Positions 9,584-20,398 of a stretch of DNA of 64,000 bases are shown piece by piece. The notes under the pieces were generated by a model. The model was not told the DNA's origin and did no database searches. It saw only the letters and a list, made by a program, of their open reading frames with translations. The position numbers were made by a program, and so were the translations under genes. Source of the DNA: Bacteroidia bacterium (GTDB taxonomy: Bacteria > Bacteroidota > Bacteroidia > UBA8524); NCBI GenBank assembly GCA_964215915.1, contig CAXPEB010000026.1:10342-74341 (forward strand), written 5' to 3'. Position 1 is the stretch's first letter. Each line of letters starts with the position of its first letter.

Positions 9584-10185
9584 TCCGGATCCGGCTCTTC
9601 CCTCACATCCACCTGCATGGCCTCAAAACGGATGACCATGGTTCCGATCAGGGAAGAACGCAAAAGATAGGGGGCCGTGCAATCATGATAATACTGGTAA
9701 TAATGCCCGTCTAGCAGGCGACTGAACCTTTTCGGGGAAACATAGAGGGTGCTGTCGTACCACAATTGGGTGTGGGAGGTGGCATCCCGCATGTAATAGG
9801 AACGGCAGTTTCTTCCGAGTATCTCCATCCGGTTATCCATCGGGCCGGACTCTGTCAGAGCCGTTTGCTCCGTGGCCGTATCGGCATATAGCGTATCCAT
9901 ATCATTAAACAGATACAAGAGACTTCCGCCGCTGTTGTCGTACCAAACCGTAAGGTTATCCGTACCATACTGCTTCAGCCGATATCCCTTTTCGGTAAAA
10001 TCCACCGTAAAGGAATCTCCCAGACTTTGACGCACCATTTGGCTCCTTAGGCTGTCAAGCCCACCTCCCAATACCACTTTGTAATGGATGGTTCCGTAAA
10101 ATTCGCGAGGGCCATCGCTTCCATTGTGCCCGCAGGAAACAAACAGGACAAGGGATAATACTCCAAGGGCCAGGTAATTTTTCAC
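9535..10185 (-). CDS. Hypothetical lipoprotein
   Basis: Signal peptide with lipobox (LFVSCG). Confidence 0.5.
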   Translation of the reverse strand: MKNYLALGVLSLVLFVSCGHNGSDGPREFYGTIHYKVVLGGGLDSLRSQMVRQSLGDSFTVDFTEKGYRLKQYGTDNLTVWYDNSGGSLLYLFNDMDTLYADTATEQTALTESGPMDNRMEILGRNCRSYYMRDATSHTQLWYDSTLYVSPKRFSRLLDGHYYQYYHDCTAPYLLRSSLIGTMVIRFEAMQVDVREEPDPEWDRHPDYPVRALKEE

Positions 10186-10236
10186 CGTTCAAAAATAGCT
10201 AAAGCATGGCTTAGCGAAAAACAGCATCTTTGAGGC

Positions 10237-11277
10237 GTGTTCAGGCAACTGCTCCTCTTTCCTTTTTCGCTTCTGTATGCGGCAGTGGTATGGCTAAGGA
10301 ACAGGGCTTTCGATCGTGGGCTGCTTAAGTCAAGCGGGTTCGACGTACCCTGCATCGTAGTCGGGAATCTCAATGCCGGCGGAACCGGGAAAACCCCTCA
10401 TACCGAATACCTGCTACGTAAACTCAGCGGACATAAAGCCGTGATCAGCCGGGGATACGGCCGCCTCAGCAAAGGTTTTCAGTGGGTGGAGCCGGACTCC
10501 GATGTCGACCAATGCGGCGACGAGCCCCTGCAGATCAAACGTAAATTCCCTGAAGTTCCCTTTGCCGTATGCGAAGACCGGGTAATGGCTGTTCCCAAAC
10601 TTGTAGCCGAATATCCGGAAACGGAATTTATCCTTTTTGATGATGCCTACCAGCACCGCTACCTGAAAGCAGATTTCCATATCCTGCTTACCGCTTACAA
10701 CGACCTGTTCACCCGCGACCGTTACCTTCCCTTAGGGCGCTTACGCGAACAAAAAAGCGAAGCCCGAAGAGCAGATGCCATTATCGTCACCAAATGTCCG
10801 GATGGCCCTGTCCCCAACCGGGAAGCCATCATCCGTGAAATACAGACCTACAGCCATGCGCCTGTTTATTTCAGCCGTTTCCGGCCACTGGCCCCGGTTC
10901 ATGCCTTTAAAGGAAACACGGTTGACTCCGATGAATTTGCCGGCTGGAAGAACCGGGACGTACTGTTGCTTTCCGGTATTGCACATGGAGTGAGCTGGGC
11001 ACATCCGCATATGAAAGCCTTCCGTTCACGGGCCGGTGAACTCATTTACCGGGATCATTATCGATTCAGAAAGCAGGATATTGTCCGCATCCTGCAGGAA
11101 TGGAATACCTTGAAACAGCCGATCATTCTCACCACGGAAAAGGACGTGATGCGCCTGCTGGAGTTTGAACAGGAACTAAAGGAGTTGCCACTGTATTACG
11201 TCCCCATAGAAGTGGAACTTACCGACGCAGAAGACCGTTTGCTGGACCAGGTCGCAAGCGTTCTTACTGCCACATGA
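10237..11277 (+). CDS. lpxK: Tetraacyldisaccharide 4'-kinase LpxK (lipid A biosynthesis)
   Basis: VGNLNAGGTGKTPHTEYL P-loop in LpxK context. N-terminal membrane helix. 346 aa. Confidence 0.9.
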   Translation: MFRQLLLFPFSLLYAAVVWLRNRAFDRGLLKSSGFDVPCIVVGNLNAGGTGKTPHTEYLLRKLSGHKAVISRGYGRLSKGFQWVEPDSDVDQCGDEPLQIKRKFPEVPFAVCEDRVMAVPKLVAEYPETEFILFDDAYQHRYLKADFHILLTAYNDLFTRDRYLPLGRLREQKSEARRADAIIVTKCPDGPVPNREAIIREIQTYSHAPVYFSRFRPLAPVHAFKGNTVDSDEFAGWKNRDVLLLSGIAHGVSWAHPHMKAFRSRAGELIYRDHYRFRKQDIVRILQEWNTLKQPIILTTEKDVMRLLEFEQELKELPLYYVPIEVELTDAEDRLLDQVASVLTAT

Positions 11278-11878
11278 TTTTCATCTTGGAACGGGATATC
11301 TCTACCGGAGCATTTCCTTTCACATACGGCTCGGTGGCCATAAAGAACAGGTAGATATCCTCCGCCTTTTTGAACTTCAGCTTCTTATCCTCGTCGACAT
11401 CGAAAAGCTCCTCCACGGTTTTATAGCCGGTTACATTCCCTCCGTTCACCTCCACCGAATCAAAGCGGTGCCAGTCGAGCGCCGGATCATAGAACAGGTA
11501 GGACCAATAATCTTTGGTCAGCATAAGTTGCCGGGCTTCATTGAAGTTCAATTCGGTCATAACTTTTGAAGGCAGGAAGCGGAAATCGGGGGGCTCCTGT
11601 CCGTTCTTCAGCTGATAAAGATTATCGTCAAAAGAGGCATTCATATACACCCCTTCATGATCATAGAGTTTGATGCAAATGGTGAAAGGAGCACGTTCAA
11701 GCATCACTATCCCGTCTTCGGGGTAGATCAGTTCGTCGTTTTGCAGGAAGCTGACTTCGTAGGTCATTTTCTCCGGCGCCCTCAGTCCGGAACCGAGTAC
11801 CGCCAGAAGCATCAAAGCAATCATTACCGGCTTCATGAGCTCAAATGTAGGCATTCCGGTCGATTGAAAGGACGACAA
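11264..11878 (-). CDS. Secreted hypothetical protein
   Basis: Internal start MKPVMIALMLLAVLGSG gives a signal peptide. No known domain. Confidence 0.45.
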   Translation of the reverse strand: MSSFQSTGMPTFELMKPVMIALMLLAVLGSGLRAPEKMTYEVSFLQNDELIYPEDGIVMLERAPFTICIKLYDHEGVYMNASFDDNLYQLKNGQEPPDFRFLPSKVMTELNFNEARQLMLTKDYWSYLFYDPALDWHRFDSVEVNGGNVTGYKTVEELFDVDEDKKLKFKKAEDIYLFFMATEPYVKGNAPVEISRSKMKIMWQ

Positions 11879-11918
11879 TACGCAGCCTCCTTTTTACATT
11901 TGCTGTCAAATCAAATGC

Positions 11919-13304
11919 ATGAAATATACTGCGCTCCTCTTTGCCAGCCTGTTCTGTTTAACGCTGCAGGCACAAAATGATGCCTACAATATGGTGCAGC
12001 TGGGACATTGGGATAACGACAGCCTTCCGTCTCTGGGCACGCAACAGTTCAGCAATGGCTGGGGCTGGGCCGATTCGGCTACGGGAAGGGAATATGCCAT
12101 CTTCGGCAGTATAGATTCTACCTACTTCATTGACGTGACAGACCCTGCCAATCCCGTTGTCTGCGACGTGCGTCCGGGCAGAAGTTTCAAATCGGTATGG
12201 CGCGAATACAAAACTTACAGCCATTACTGCTACGCGGTGGCCGATTACGGGCAGGCTTCCCTGCAAATTTTCGACCTGCAGTACCTTCCGGATTCTGTTT
12301 CCGTGGTATATGACAGCGACTCCCTGATCGTGCGTTCTCATACGGTGTATGTGGATAAGGACCGCCTGTATTGCAACTCCACCGTATTACCCAGTGGGGA
12401 ACGAAAAGCCGTAACCGTGCTTTCCCTGCAGGATCCGGAACATCCGCAACTGCTCGGGCACCTGGAGCCTATTCGTTTCGATGGCTCCCCGGCTTTCCTG
12501 ATCTGCCACGATGCCTTTGTCCGCAACGACACGCTTTATTGCAACGGTGAGAATCCGGGTGTGTTTATTTATGATGTCAGTGATATGGATCAGCAGGTCT
12601 TTCTCGGAGGTATCCTGGAATACCCGGAACGCGGGTACAATCATTCCGGCTACCTGAGTGACGACGGGCAGATCTATGTATTTACGGATGAGAATCACGG
12701 TTTGGGGATCAAGGCTTACGACGTAAGCGACCTGAACAATATGGAACTTCTGTCGGTGTTCCGCTCCCATAGTGGCGCTATGGCTCATAACCCCTATTTC
12801 ATCGACCGCACACTTTACGTGAGTTACTATCACGACGGGGTCTACGTCTTCGACCTGTCGGATGCCAAAAACCCGAAAATCACTGCCTGGTTTGACACGT
12901 ATCCGCAAAACGGCACCGACTATGCCGGTTTCGAAGGTTGCTGGGGCATTTATCCGTACCTGCCAAGTGGGAATCTGCTGGCCTTTGATATGACCAATGG
13001 GTTGTTTGTGTTGGAAAAGCAAACCAATAACACCGCAGTGGTGGAAGCCGGCACCGCTGATTTCATGATCTATCCCAACCCCGGAACAGGCATTCAGCAG
13101 ATGGAATGGGACCAGCGGGAGGCTGCAGGTATGGATATCCGGGTATTCACCACAGACGGGAAGGAAGTTTATCGGAAAACAGTCGGCGGACAGCCCGGAA
13201 GGAACCGGCAACAGCTTGACCTGAGCTCCCTGAAGCGTGGCATGTATTTGGTTCAATTAACCGGAGCAAAAACCCATATTTGCAGGAAACTGCTGCTGCA
13301 CTAA
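11919..13304 (+). CDS. Secreted beta-propeller (LVIVD/choice-of-anchor-B-like) protein with T9SS C-terminal sorting domain
   Basis: Signal peptide. Repeated YVxxxxxGxxxxD-type blades. C-terminus MIYPNPGTG...GMYLVQL...KLLLH matches the type-A T9SS CTD. Confidence 0.65.
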   Translation: MKYTALLFASLFCLTLQAQNDAYNMVQLGHWDNDSLPSLGTQQFSNGWGWADSATGREYAIFGSIDSTYFIDVTDPANPVVCDVRPGRSFKSVWREYKTYSHYCYAVADYGQASLQIFDLQYLPDSVSVVYDSDSLIVRSHTVYVDKDRLYCNSTVLPSGERKAVTVLSLQDPEHPQLLGHLEPIRFDGSPAFLICHDAFVRNDTLYCNGENPGVFIYDVSDMDQQVFLGGILEYPERGYNHSGYLSDDGQIYVFTDENHGLGIKAYDVSDLNNMELLSVFRSHSGAMAHNPYFIDRTLYVSYYHDGVYVFDLSDAKNPKITAWFDTYPQNGTDYAGFEGCWGIYPYLPSGNLLAFDMTNGLFVLEKQTNNTAVVEAGTADFMIYPNPGTGIQQMEWDQREAAGMDIRVFTTDGKEVYRKTVGGQPGRNRQQLDLSSLKRGMYLVQLTGAKTHICRKLLLH

Positions 13305-15254
13305 TTGACTGCTTCACCTTATTTGCGCTTCTGTCTCGGAATATTATTCCTGCTGCCTCTTGCATTGCAGGCGCAGATGGATGCGCATTATTCCGACAGC
13401 CGGAAAACCACGGAAGGGGAATTGCTTCATGCTTCCGATTCCCTGCACCTGCTGGACAGCAGCCTGGACGACTTTCACCTTTATCACCCTGCCTTCCGAA
13501 ATAACTTCGGCATACTGGACCTTGGCAATAGCGGCACTGCCATGTACCCGGTCAAATACGGGTACAAAACAGAAAACGGTTTCGACCTGGGCTGGCATTA
13601 CCTTGATGGCTATCGCTTCAGGAGCAATGAAGAAAACACTTACTACCGCGCCTACCGTCCCATCACCTCCCTTTTCTACTATCAGGGGGCCAATGAACTG
13701 CTCGGACTGGAAGCCCTTCATTCCCAAAACATCAAACCCAACTGGAATTTCGGGGTAGAATACAAACGACTGAAAGAAGAAGGTTTTTACCTGAAACAGA
13801 ATACCGGATCATACAATACACGCCTGTTCACCTGGTATCACAGCAAAGACTACCGGTATCATGTGCTGGCCTCGGTTACCTGGAACCGCTTCCGCAATAC
13901 GGAAAACGGGGGATTGTATTCCGCCGAATCCTTCGATACCCTGAGTGGACCGGTAAGAAACCCGCTAACCCGGTATTACAGCAGTTTCGGGGAGGTGGAG
14001 AATGAGCTGAAGCGAAATGTGTATTCGGTCACGCAGATTTACCGGCTTGGACAAAAACGCTATTTCCCAACCGAAGCTACGGACAGCCTTGGCAGACCTA
14101 TACCGGACACGATTCCCACCTTTATTCCCACGCATCAGGTTAGCGTAAGGACCCGACTGGAAAATTACTGCAACCATTTTATTGTCAGCGATGTATCGGA
14201 TATGCCCTTTACCGATTTCTTCCGCGATTCACTGACCACCTTTGATTCTACCTGGTATAAAAATTTTGAAACCAGTATCGGCATAGAAAGCGGAGCCTAT
14301 GAGCGACTGGCGCGGGACAGCATCCATCCTGAAGGACGTAAACTTTTCTACGGAGCCTGGCTCGATCTGAACTGGATTCGGGTTGGCTGGCTGGAGGATT
14401 ATGCCCAATACGCCAACATGGCCTTACGTGCAGAAGTCTCCAACAGAGACTGGATCAGCACCCGTGAAGGGTTTCGCGTATCCGTGTACCGGGCTTTCCA
14501 CGGATACAACAACCGGGATATGGAACTGAAGGCAGAAGCCGCACGCGTACTTGGCCCGGTAAAGGTCGGTTCGCGTATCTTGTTCAAAACCTACCGGCAG
14601 GATTTTCTCAGTCGCTACTATTTCGGGAATCACGATTTCTGGTACACCAACCTGGAACGGCAGGGAGTCAGCCACTACGAGTTCGGCATATCCGACCCCG
14701 GTCCACGGAATTGGTGGGAACTGAATGCGGCTTTTATCGATCTGGAAAACCTGATCTACTACGGCGCCGACCAACGACCGGAACAAAAAAAGGGTCATAC
14801 CACCCTCCTTCAGTCGGAGTTGAAATTAAAATGGCGCGTGGCCTGGTTCAACCTGCAAAGCCGTGTGTTGTATCAGAAAACCAACTCCCGGGATATTCTC
14901 CGTGTTCCCGAACTGGCAATGAAACACAGCCTTTTCGCACAGGGCATGGTTTTCAAAAAGAACCTTAAGGTAAAGGCCGGTGTCGACTTTTTCTGGACTT
15001 CCGCTTTTAATGCACCGGCCTGGTATGCGCCGGCCAGGATCTGGTATACACCAGAAGGAGAGGGCAGCCAGACCATCGGGAATTATCCTTACTTCAATGT
15101 ATTTGTGAACGGACAGATCCGAACCGTTACCTTTTTTCTCTTTTTCCAGCATGCCAGCGCCGGCCTGTTTAGTAACTCTTATTACAGCTCGGCACTCTAT
15201 CCCATGCAGCCGAGGTCCTTCCGATTCGGACTCCGCTGGAAATTGTACGAGTAG
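13305..15254 (+). CDS. Putative-porin family outer-membrane beta-barrel protein
   Basis: Signal peptide. About 650 aa, rich in aromatic-ending amphipathic beta strands. Resembles the Bacteroidota putative-porin family. Confidence 0.5.
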   Translation: MTASPYLRFCLGILFLLPLALQAQMDAHYSDSRKTTEGELLHASDSLHLLDSSLDDFHLYHPAFRNNFGILDLGNSGTAMYPVKYGYKTENGFDLGWHYLDGYRFRSNEENTYYRAYRPITSLFYYQGANELLGLEALHSQNIKPNWNFGVEYKRLKEEGFYLKQNTGSYNTRLFTWYHSKDYRYHVLASVTWNRFRNTENGGLYSAESFDTLSGPVRNPLTRYYSSFGEVENELKRNVYSVTQIYRLGQKRYFPTEATDSLGRPIPDTIPTFIPTHQVSVRTRLENYCNHFIVSDVSDMPFTDFFRDSLTTFDSTWYKNFETSIGIESGAYERLARDSIHPEGRKLFYGAWLDLNWIRVGWLEDYAQYANMALRAEVSNRDWISTREGFRVSVYRAFHGYNNRDMELKAEAARVLGPVKVGSRILFKTYRQDFLSRYYFGNHDFWYTNLERQGVSHYEFGISDPGPRNWWELNAAFIDLENLIYYGADQRPEQKKGHTTLLQSELKLKWRVAWFNLQSRVLYQKTNSRDILRVPELAMKHSLFAQGMVFKKNLKVKAGVDFFWTSAFNAPAWYAPARIWYTPEGEGSQTIGNYPYFNVFVNGQIRTVTFFLFFQHASAGLFSNSYYSSALYPMQPRSFRFGLRWKLYE

Positions 15255-15301
15255 TGCCCGGACGGTTCGTGTTGTGCCTTTAAACCCTTAGTTTCGTGTG
15301 C

Positions 15302-16402
15302 ATGAAGATCCGGGAAATCACCGACTACCTGGAGGGGATTGCTCCTCTGAGTTTACAGGAATCTTATGACAACGCCGGACTTATCGTCGGCGACCCCAAT
15401 GCCGAAGTTCGCGGAGCGCTGGTCTGCCTGGACAGCACGCCAGAAGTAATCCTGGAAGCAAAAGAGAAGGGCGTGAATCTGGTGATCGCCCATCACCCTA
15501 TCGTTTTCGGCGGACTGAAAAAGCTGAACGGCAAGAACTATGTGGAGCGGGCAGTGATCCTGGCCATCCGTCATGACATTGCCATCTATGCCATCCATAC
15601 CAACCTTGACAATGTGCTGGAACAGGGCGTTAACGAGAAAATTGCGGAGAAGCTGGGGCTGGAGAACCTGAGAATCCTTCAACCTAAAAAAGGGTTGTTG
15701 CAGAAACTGGTGGTTTTTGCGCCTGAGACGCATGTCGATGCCGTCAGAGAAGCCATGTTCGCTGCCGGAGCGGGTCATATCGGGAATTACGATTCCTGCA
15801 GCTTCAGTTCCGGGGGGCAAGGCAGTTTCCGGGGAGACCTGAACACCAACCCCCATGTGGGCGAACCGGGCAAACCGCACCTTGAAGCGGAACAGCGCAT
15901 AGAAGTGATTGTCCCGGCTCATCAAAGTGCAGGCGTAATCCGCGCCATGATTGTGGCACATCCCTATGAGGAAGTGGCCTATGATCTCTACGAACTGAAA
16001 AACACCTGGGACCGAACCGGATCGGGCCTGATCGGAGATTTTCCGGAAGCGATCGAACCCAATGATTTCCTTGCCCTGGTAAAAGACCGGTTTTCGACCG
16101 GGGTAATCCGTTACACCGAACCGGCACACCCACAAATTCGTACGGTAGCTCTCTGCGGCGGATCGGGCAGCTTTCTGCTTCCGGATGCCATTCGTTCCGG
16201 AGCGCAGGTTTTTCTGAGTTCCGATTTTAAATACCACCAGTTTTTCGATGCCGACAGCAGGTTGATGATCGCCGACATCGGGCACTATGAGGCCGAATAT
16301 TTTACGATCGAGCTGCTTCACGATTTAATACGGAAAAAATTCAATACTTTTGCAGTCATTTTTTCCGGTATTCATACCAACCCCATAAAATATTTTTGCT
16401 GA
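15302..16402 (+). CDS. Nif3-like dinuclear metal-centre protein (GTP cyclohydrolase 1 type 2 homologue)
   Basis: MKIREITDYLEGIAPLSLQESYDNAGL...HTNLD...HYEAE motifs of the Nif3/YqfO family. Confidence 0.85.
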   Translation: MKIREITDYLEGIAPLSLQESYDNAGLIVGDPNAEVRGALVCLDSTPEVILEAKEKGVNLVIAHHPIVFGGLKKLNGKNYVERAVILAIRHDIAIYAIHTNLDNVLEQGVNEKIAEKLGLENLRILQPKKGLLQKLVVFAPETHVDAVREAMFAAGAGHIGNYDSCSFSSGGQGSFRGDLNTNPHVGEPGKPHLEAEQRIEVIVPAHQSAGVIRAMIVAHPYEEVAYDLYELKNTWDRTGSGLIGDFPEAIEPNDFLALVKDRFSTGVIRYTEPAHPQIRTVALCGGSGSFLLPDAIRSGAQVFLSSDFKYHQFFDADSRLMIADIGHYEAEYFTIELLHDLIRKKFNTFAVIFSGIHTNPIKYFC

Positions 16403-17139
16403 TGGAAGCAAGCATTGAAGAAAGACTGAAGAACCTTAACGCTCTTCAAAACATCGATTCCCAACTGGACAACATCCATTCCATACGCGGAGAGCTTCCT
16501 ATGGAAGTAGCCGACCTGGAAGATGAGATTGCCGGTCTGGAAACCCGTCTGGAGAAGTTCGGTGAGGAGATCAAGGAACTGGAGGGTTCGATCACCGCGA
16601 ACAAAAACAAGATCAAAGAATCGCAACAGTTCATCAAGAAATACGAAACCCAGCTCGACAACGTAAAAAACAACCGCGAGTACGATGCCCTGAGTAAGGA
16701 GATTGAGATCCAGGGACTGGAGATCCAGGCTGCAGAAAAGCGCATCGGCGAATACGGCAAGCAGATCGAACTGAAAAAAGAAACCCTTTCTGCTGCGGAA
16801 AACGAATTGGACGGCAGGAAGATCGATCTTGAGAACAAGAAAAAAGAGCTCGAGAATATCGTTTCCGAAACGGAGAAAGAAGAAAAAGAGCTGCTTAAGC
16901 AACGGGATAAAGCCGAAGCACAGCTCGAAGAACGCCTCCGTGCCGCCTACAACCGTATCCGCCGTAACGTGAAGAACGGTATTGCCGTTGCCACGGTGGT
17001 AAGGGATGCCTGCAGCGGTTGTTTCGGTAGCATTCCTCCACAGATGCAGGCCGATATCCGTGCCCGCAAAAAAATCATCGTATGCGAGCATTGTGGCCGC
17101 ATTCTGATTGATGGAGAACAGCCTCTCGCAGCAGAATAA
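16396..17139 (+). CDS. C4-type zinc-ribbon coiled-coil protein (DUF164 family; conserved Nif3 partner)
   Basis: Long coiled coil followed by CSGCFGSIPPQ...CEHCGRIL zinc ribbon. Canonical position immediately after the Nif3 gene. Confidence 0.8.
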   Translation: MLMEASIEERLKNLNALQNIDSQLDNIHSIRGELPMEVADLEDEIAGLETRLEKFGEEIKELEGSITANKNKIKESQQFIKKYETQLDNVKNNREYDALSKEIEIQGLEIQAAEKRIGEYGKQIELKKETLSAAENELDGRKIDLENKKKELENIVSETEKEEKELLKQRDKAEAQLEERLRAAYNRIRRNVKNGIAVATVVRDACSGCFGSIPPQMQADIRARKKIIVCEHCGRILIDGEQPLAAE

Positions 17140-17165
17140 GACAATCTTTCAGAAAAAATTCATTG

Positions 17166-17196
17166 CCCCGTCATGGTCTCCATGCACGGGGTTTTT
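17166..17196 (+). terminator. Rho-independent terminator after the zinc-ribbon gene
   Basis: CCCCGT...(14-nt loop)...ACGGGG followed by TTTTT. Confidence 0.5.
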
Positions 17197-17206
17197 AATT
17201 TGCAAC

Positions 17207-18703
17207 ATGCAACGCCTTTTACTCGCCCTTCTGTTGCTCACCACAACACCAGCCCTGATGATGGCCAAAGGAAAGGCCTTTGTGTTTACCCCGGGCATGG
17301 TAGAGGCCTACCACCATGTAATGGCGCTGCGTTTCAATAAAGGGCTTGCCCTATTGGAGGAGGAAAAGAAAAAAGATGCAGAAAATCCTGCCCTCGCATT
17401 TGTCTCCGACTACCACTATTTCCTGAAGTCCTTTATCAATGAAGACGTAAAGGCTTTTGACGATGAGATCAGCGATTTTAACAGACGCCTTAAGGTTCTG
17501 GAAGATGGCGAGCGGGAATCCCCGTACTACTACTATACCCAGGCAGAGTTACTGGTGCATCAGGCTGCGCTGCGTTTCAAGTTCCGCGACTATGTACGCG
17601 GAGCAGCCAATGTGAGAGACGCCTACCAATTGCTTAAAAAGAACATTGCAAAATACCCGGACTTCCTCCCCCATTACAAATCCCTGGGGATGCTGGAAGT
17701 GTTGGTGGGAACTGTTCCTCCTAAGTTTAGCTGGGTAACGGATATGCTTGGCATGAAGGGAGATATCGAAGGGGGCATGGTACGTATCGAAAATTTTATG
17801 AATGCCCCACCGGTGAGCCCGGAGGTAGACATGCTGAAAGAAGAAGCCCTTTTCCTGTATAGTTTCCTGCAGCTGCACATTGTAAAGGAAAAGGAAGAAG
17901 CCTGGCGAAGGGTGGAGCTGGCCACCCGCGACTACCGCAGTAACCTCCTTCATTGTTATGCCCGGGCATCGGTAGGGATGCACTGCAAAAAAACGGGTGA
18001 GGTCATCCATACCCTCATGAACCGGCCCAACGGCGACGAGTATGCGCGGTTCTATTTCCTGGATTATATGCTGGGATCCGCCAAGCTATACCGGCAGGAT
18101 AAGGATGCAGCTATCTATTTCAAGGTGTTTGTGACCTATTTCAAAGGAGAAAACTACATCAAGGATGCTTACCTGAAACTGGCCTGGAACTCCCTGTGCC
18201 AGGGGGATGAAAGAACATACGACATCTATATGGGTATGGTAAAGAGTCAGGGCAAATCCAATGTAGATGAAGACAAGCAAGCCCTCAAGGAAGCTACCAG
18301 CGGACAAAAACCACATACCGGACTTCTGAAAGCCCGCCTCCTGTTTGACGGTGGGTTTTATGAACAGGCACTACAGATCATGAACCCACTGGTTTCGGAG
18401 AACTGGACAAGAGGGAAAGACAAAGCGGAATATTACTACCGCACTGCCCGTATCTATGACGAAAAAGGGGACAAGGACAAAGCCCTGCAGTACTATGAAG
18501 AAACCATTGCCCTCTGCCGCAATGAGCCCTGGTACTATGCCGCGAACTCCAGCCTGCATATCGGCTACATCTACGAGGCCCGGGGAGATAAGCCCAAAGC
18601 GCTGGCAGCCTTTCAGCAAGCCATGAATTTCCCCAACGACGAGTACAAAAACAGCATCGATCAAAAAGCCAAAGCAGGGATACAGCGTGTGAACGAATCC
18701 TGA
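17207..18703 (+). CDS. Secreted TPR-like repeat protein (hypothetical)
   Basis: Signal peptide from the internal start MQRLLLALLLLTTTPALMMA. Helical repeat-like C-terminal half. ORF track start 17108 overlaps the previous gene and terminator. Confidence 0.5.
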   Translation: MQRLLLALLLLTTTPALMMAKGKAFVFTPGMVEAYHHVMALRFNKGLALLEEEKKKDAENPALAFVSDYHYFLKSFINEDVKAFDDEISDFNRRLKVLEDGERESPYYYYTQAELLVHQAALRFKFRDYVRGAANVRDAYQLLKKNIAKYPDFLPHYKSLGMLEVLVGTVPPKFSWVTDMLGMKGDIEGGMVRIENFMNAPPVSPEVDMLKEEALFLYSFLQLHIVKEKEEAWRRVELATRDYRSNLLHCYARASVGMHCKKTGEVIHTLMNRPNGDEYARFYFLDYMLGSAKLYRQDKDAAIYFKVFVTYFKGENYIKDAYLKLAWNSLCQGDERTYDIYMGMVKSQGKSNVDEDKQALKEATSGQKPHTGLLKARLLFDGGFYEQALQIMNPLVSENWTRGKDKAEYYYRTARIYDEKGDKDKALQYYEETIALCRNEPWYYAANSSLHIGYIYEARGDKPKALAAFQQAMNFPNDEYKNSIDQKAKAGIQRVNES

Positions 18704-18815
18704 ACTGTCCTCCCCAATGAACAGTATTTACGCTCTGTGCAAAGCTATAGGAGCGGGTTCTAGGTGTTTTAACAATTTAATTGGAACTTCGGACTACTAA
18801 CTAAAAATTACCTCT

Positions 18816-19463
18816 ATGAAAAAGATCATCTTATTCCTGACCCTGGCTTTCCTTGGCGGACAAGCCTTCGCTCAGATCACAGGAGGGAGCATTTTTGTTT
18901 CCGGATTCGGAAATATCAGCACCCGAGCAAACAACTCCGAGGTAACGGGTGGATCTACCACAATTACCAATGAATACCCCAAAAATTTCAGCGGGCAATT
19001 CGGACTGGGAGTTGGTTATCTTCTCACGGATAACCTGGCCGCCGGAGTGAACTTTTCGCTGAACGGCTCCAAGAACACCACTTCCGACAGCACGCATTCC
19101 AACAGTTTCGGCTGGGGAGCAGGCCTGTTCGGTCGTTATTACGTTCCGGTTTCCGACAATTTCTATTTCTTCGGTAACCTGGGTGTGAACTTCAACGGTG
19201 GTTCTTCCAGCAACACCAGCGGGAACACCGAAACGGAAGGTCCCAAATTATCCGGGATGACGATTGGGATTCAACCGGGATTCACCTATTTCCCCAGCAG
19301 CCATTTTGCTCTTGATATGAGCGTGGGTAACCTGGGATGGATGATGCAGAAAAGCACCATGGAAAACGGCGGGATCAAATCGGTTCAGAAAAATTCCGGT
19401 ATGGATGTCGCCTTCGACCTGACTACGGTATTCTTCGGTATTCAGTACTTCTTCGGAAATTAA
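18816..19463 (+). CDS. Small outer-membrane beta-barrel protein (OmpA-like beta-barrel family)
   Basis: Signal peptide. Gly/Asn/Ser-rich alternating strands. C-terminal GIQYFFGN ending in aromatic residues. Confidence 0.7.
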   Translation: MKKIILFLTLAFLGGQAFAQITGGSIFVSGFGNISTRANNSEVTGGSTTITNEYPKNFSGQFGLGVGYLLTDNLAAGVNFSLNGSKNTTSDSTHSNSFGWGAGLFGRYYVPVSDNFYFFGNLGVNFNGGSSSNTSGNTETEGPKLSGMTIGIQPGFTYFPSSHFALDMSVGNLGWMMQKSTMENGGIKSVQKNSGMDVAFDLTTVFFGIQYFFGN

Positions 19464-19485
19464 ACGCTCCACAATGAGGAATCAG

Positions 19486-19513
19486 GGCAGCTCTACCAAG
19501 GGCTGCCTTTTTT
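19486..19513 (+). terminator. Rho-independent terminator
   Basis: GGCAGC-tctaccaag-GCTGCC followed by TTTTTT. Confidence 0.55.
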
Positions 19514-19695
19514 GTTTTAGTATTAGTGGATCAGGATCAAAGAGAGACAATTCTATGGTTCTAAATGTCAGACGGTATGGTTGTTCTATTTCCGGAAGGA
19601 GCCTTCCAGCCCACTTGCCTCTCTTTGTAATGGAAAGATCGTCTCCGCAAATACCCAAAACCAAATTCCAAATACCCAACAAAGACCACCCTATG

Positions 19696-20394
19696 TCATT
19701 CCTTCCACAACCAGGGATAAAGCACATAGCCCAGCATGGCAATCATAACATAAAGGATACCTACCACCAGAAGATCGTCATAGATCAGGCTGACCTCCAG
19801 GCCATCGACGGCTGTCTTTGTGGCTTTTACGGCCACCAGAAGCAAGGGGATCAGGAGGGGAATACTGAGCACGGGCATCAGCAGATGTCCGTTACCTGCC
19901 TTGGCTGCAATGGCAGACACCATGGTTAGCACGGAAGCAAAGGCGGCAGCTCCAAGTAACATAGCCAGCAGGAACCAGCCTGCATGTTCTGCCATCTGTC
20001 CCAGCAATACCGAATATGCCCCCCAGACCAATACGGAGATCAAGCACATGAACAGGGAATTGTAAAGGATCTTGGCCAGGATCAGACTGGCAGGATGCAC
20101 CAGCTGATGCAGGTAAAGCATCCGCCCCCTGCTTTCCTGTAAAAAACTCTTGGCTATGGCACTGACGGCCGAGAAAATAAGGATGACCCAAAAAAGCGCA
20201 TTCCAGGCAGCCTGCTCCAGCGACTGCATCGACAGGTATACCACATAGGTGGCAGCCACGGCATAGAGCAGGATACCCTGAAGCGTAAAACGTTGCCGCC
20301 ACTCCCTGCGTAACTCATTCTTTAGCAACCAGACGATCTCAGACCGCTTCATCCCGCTGAATTTTCTTAATTTCGAGCGCCAATTCGGAAGCAA
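19696..20394 (-). CDS. CcmB-like ABC-type (haem-exporter-family) permease
   Basis: Six transmembrane helices, about 220 aa. Start probably MKRSEIVWLLKNELRREWRQRF, as in CcmB family N-termini. Confidence 0.45.
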   Translation of the reverse strand: MLPNWRSKLRKFSGMKRSEIVWLLKNELRREWRQRFTLQGILLYAVAATYVVYLSMQSLEQAAWNALFWVILIFSAVSAIAKSFLQESRGRMLYLHQLVHPASLILAKILYNSLFMCLISVLVWGAYSVLLGQMAEHAGWFLLAMLLGAAAFASVLTMVSAIAAKAGNGHLLMPVLSIPLLIPLLLVAVKATKTAVDGLEVSLIYDDLLVVGILYVMIAMLGYVLYPWLWKE

Positions 20395-20398
20395 AACT

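Noticed and set aside
12387-13256. 289-aa minus-strand ORF
   Set aside because: Antisense to the T9SS beta-propeller gene.
15353-17091. Minus-strand ORFs of 322 aa, 239 aa and 130 aa
   Set aside because: Antisense to the Nif3-like and zinc-ribbon coiled-coil genes. The low-complexity F/L-rich translation mirrors the coiled-coil K/E codons.
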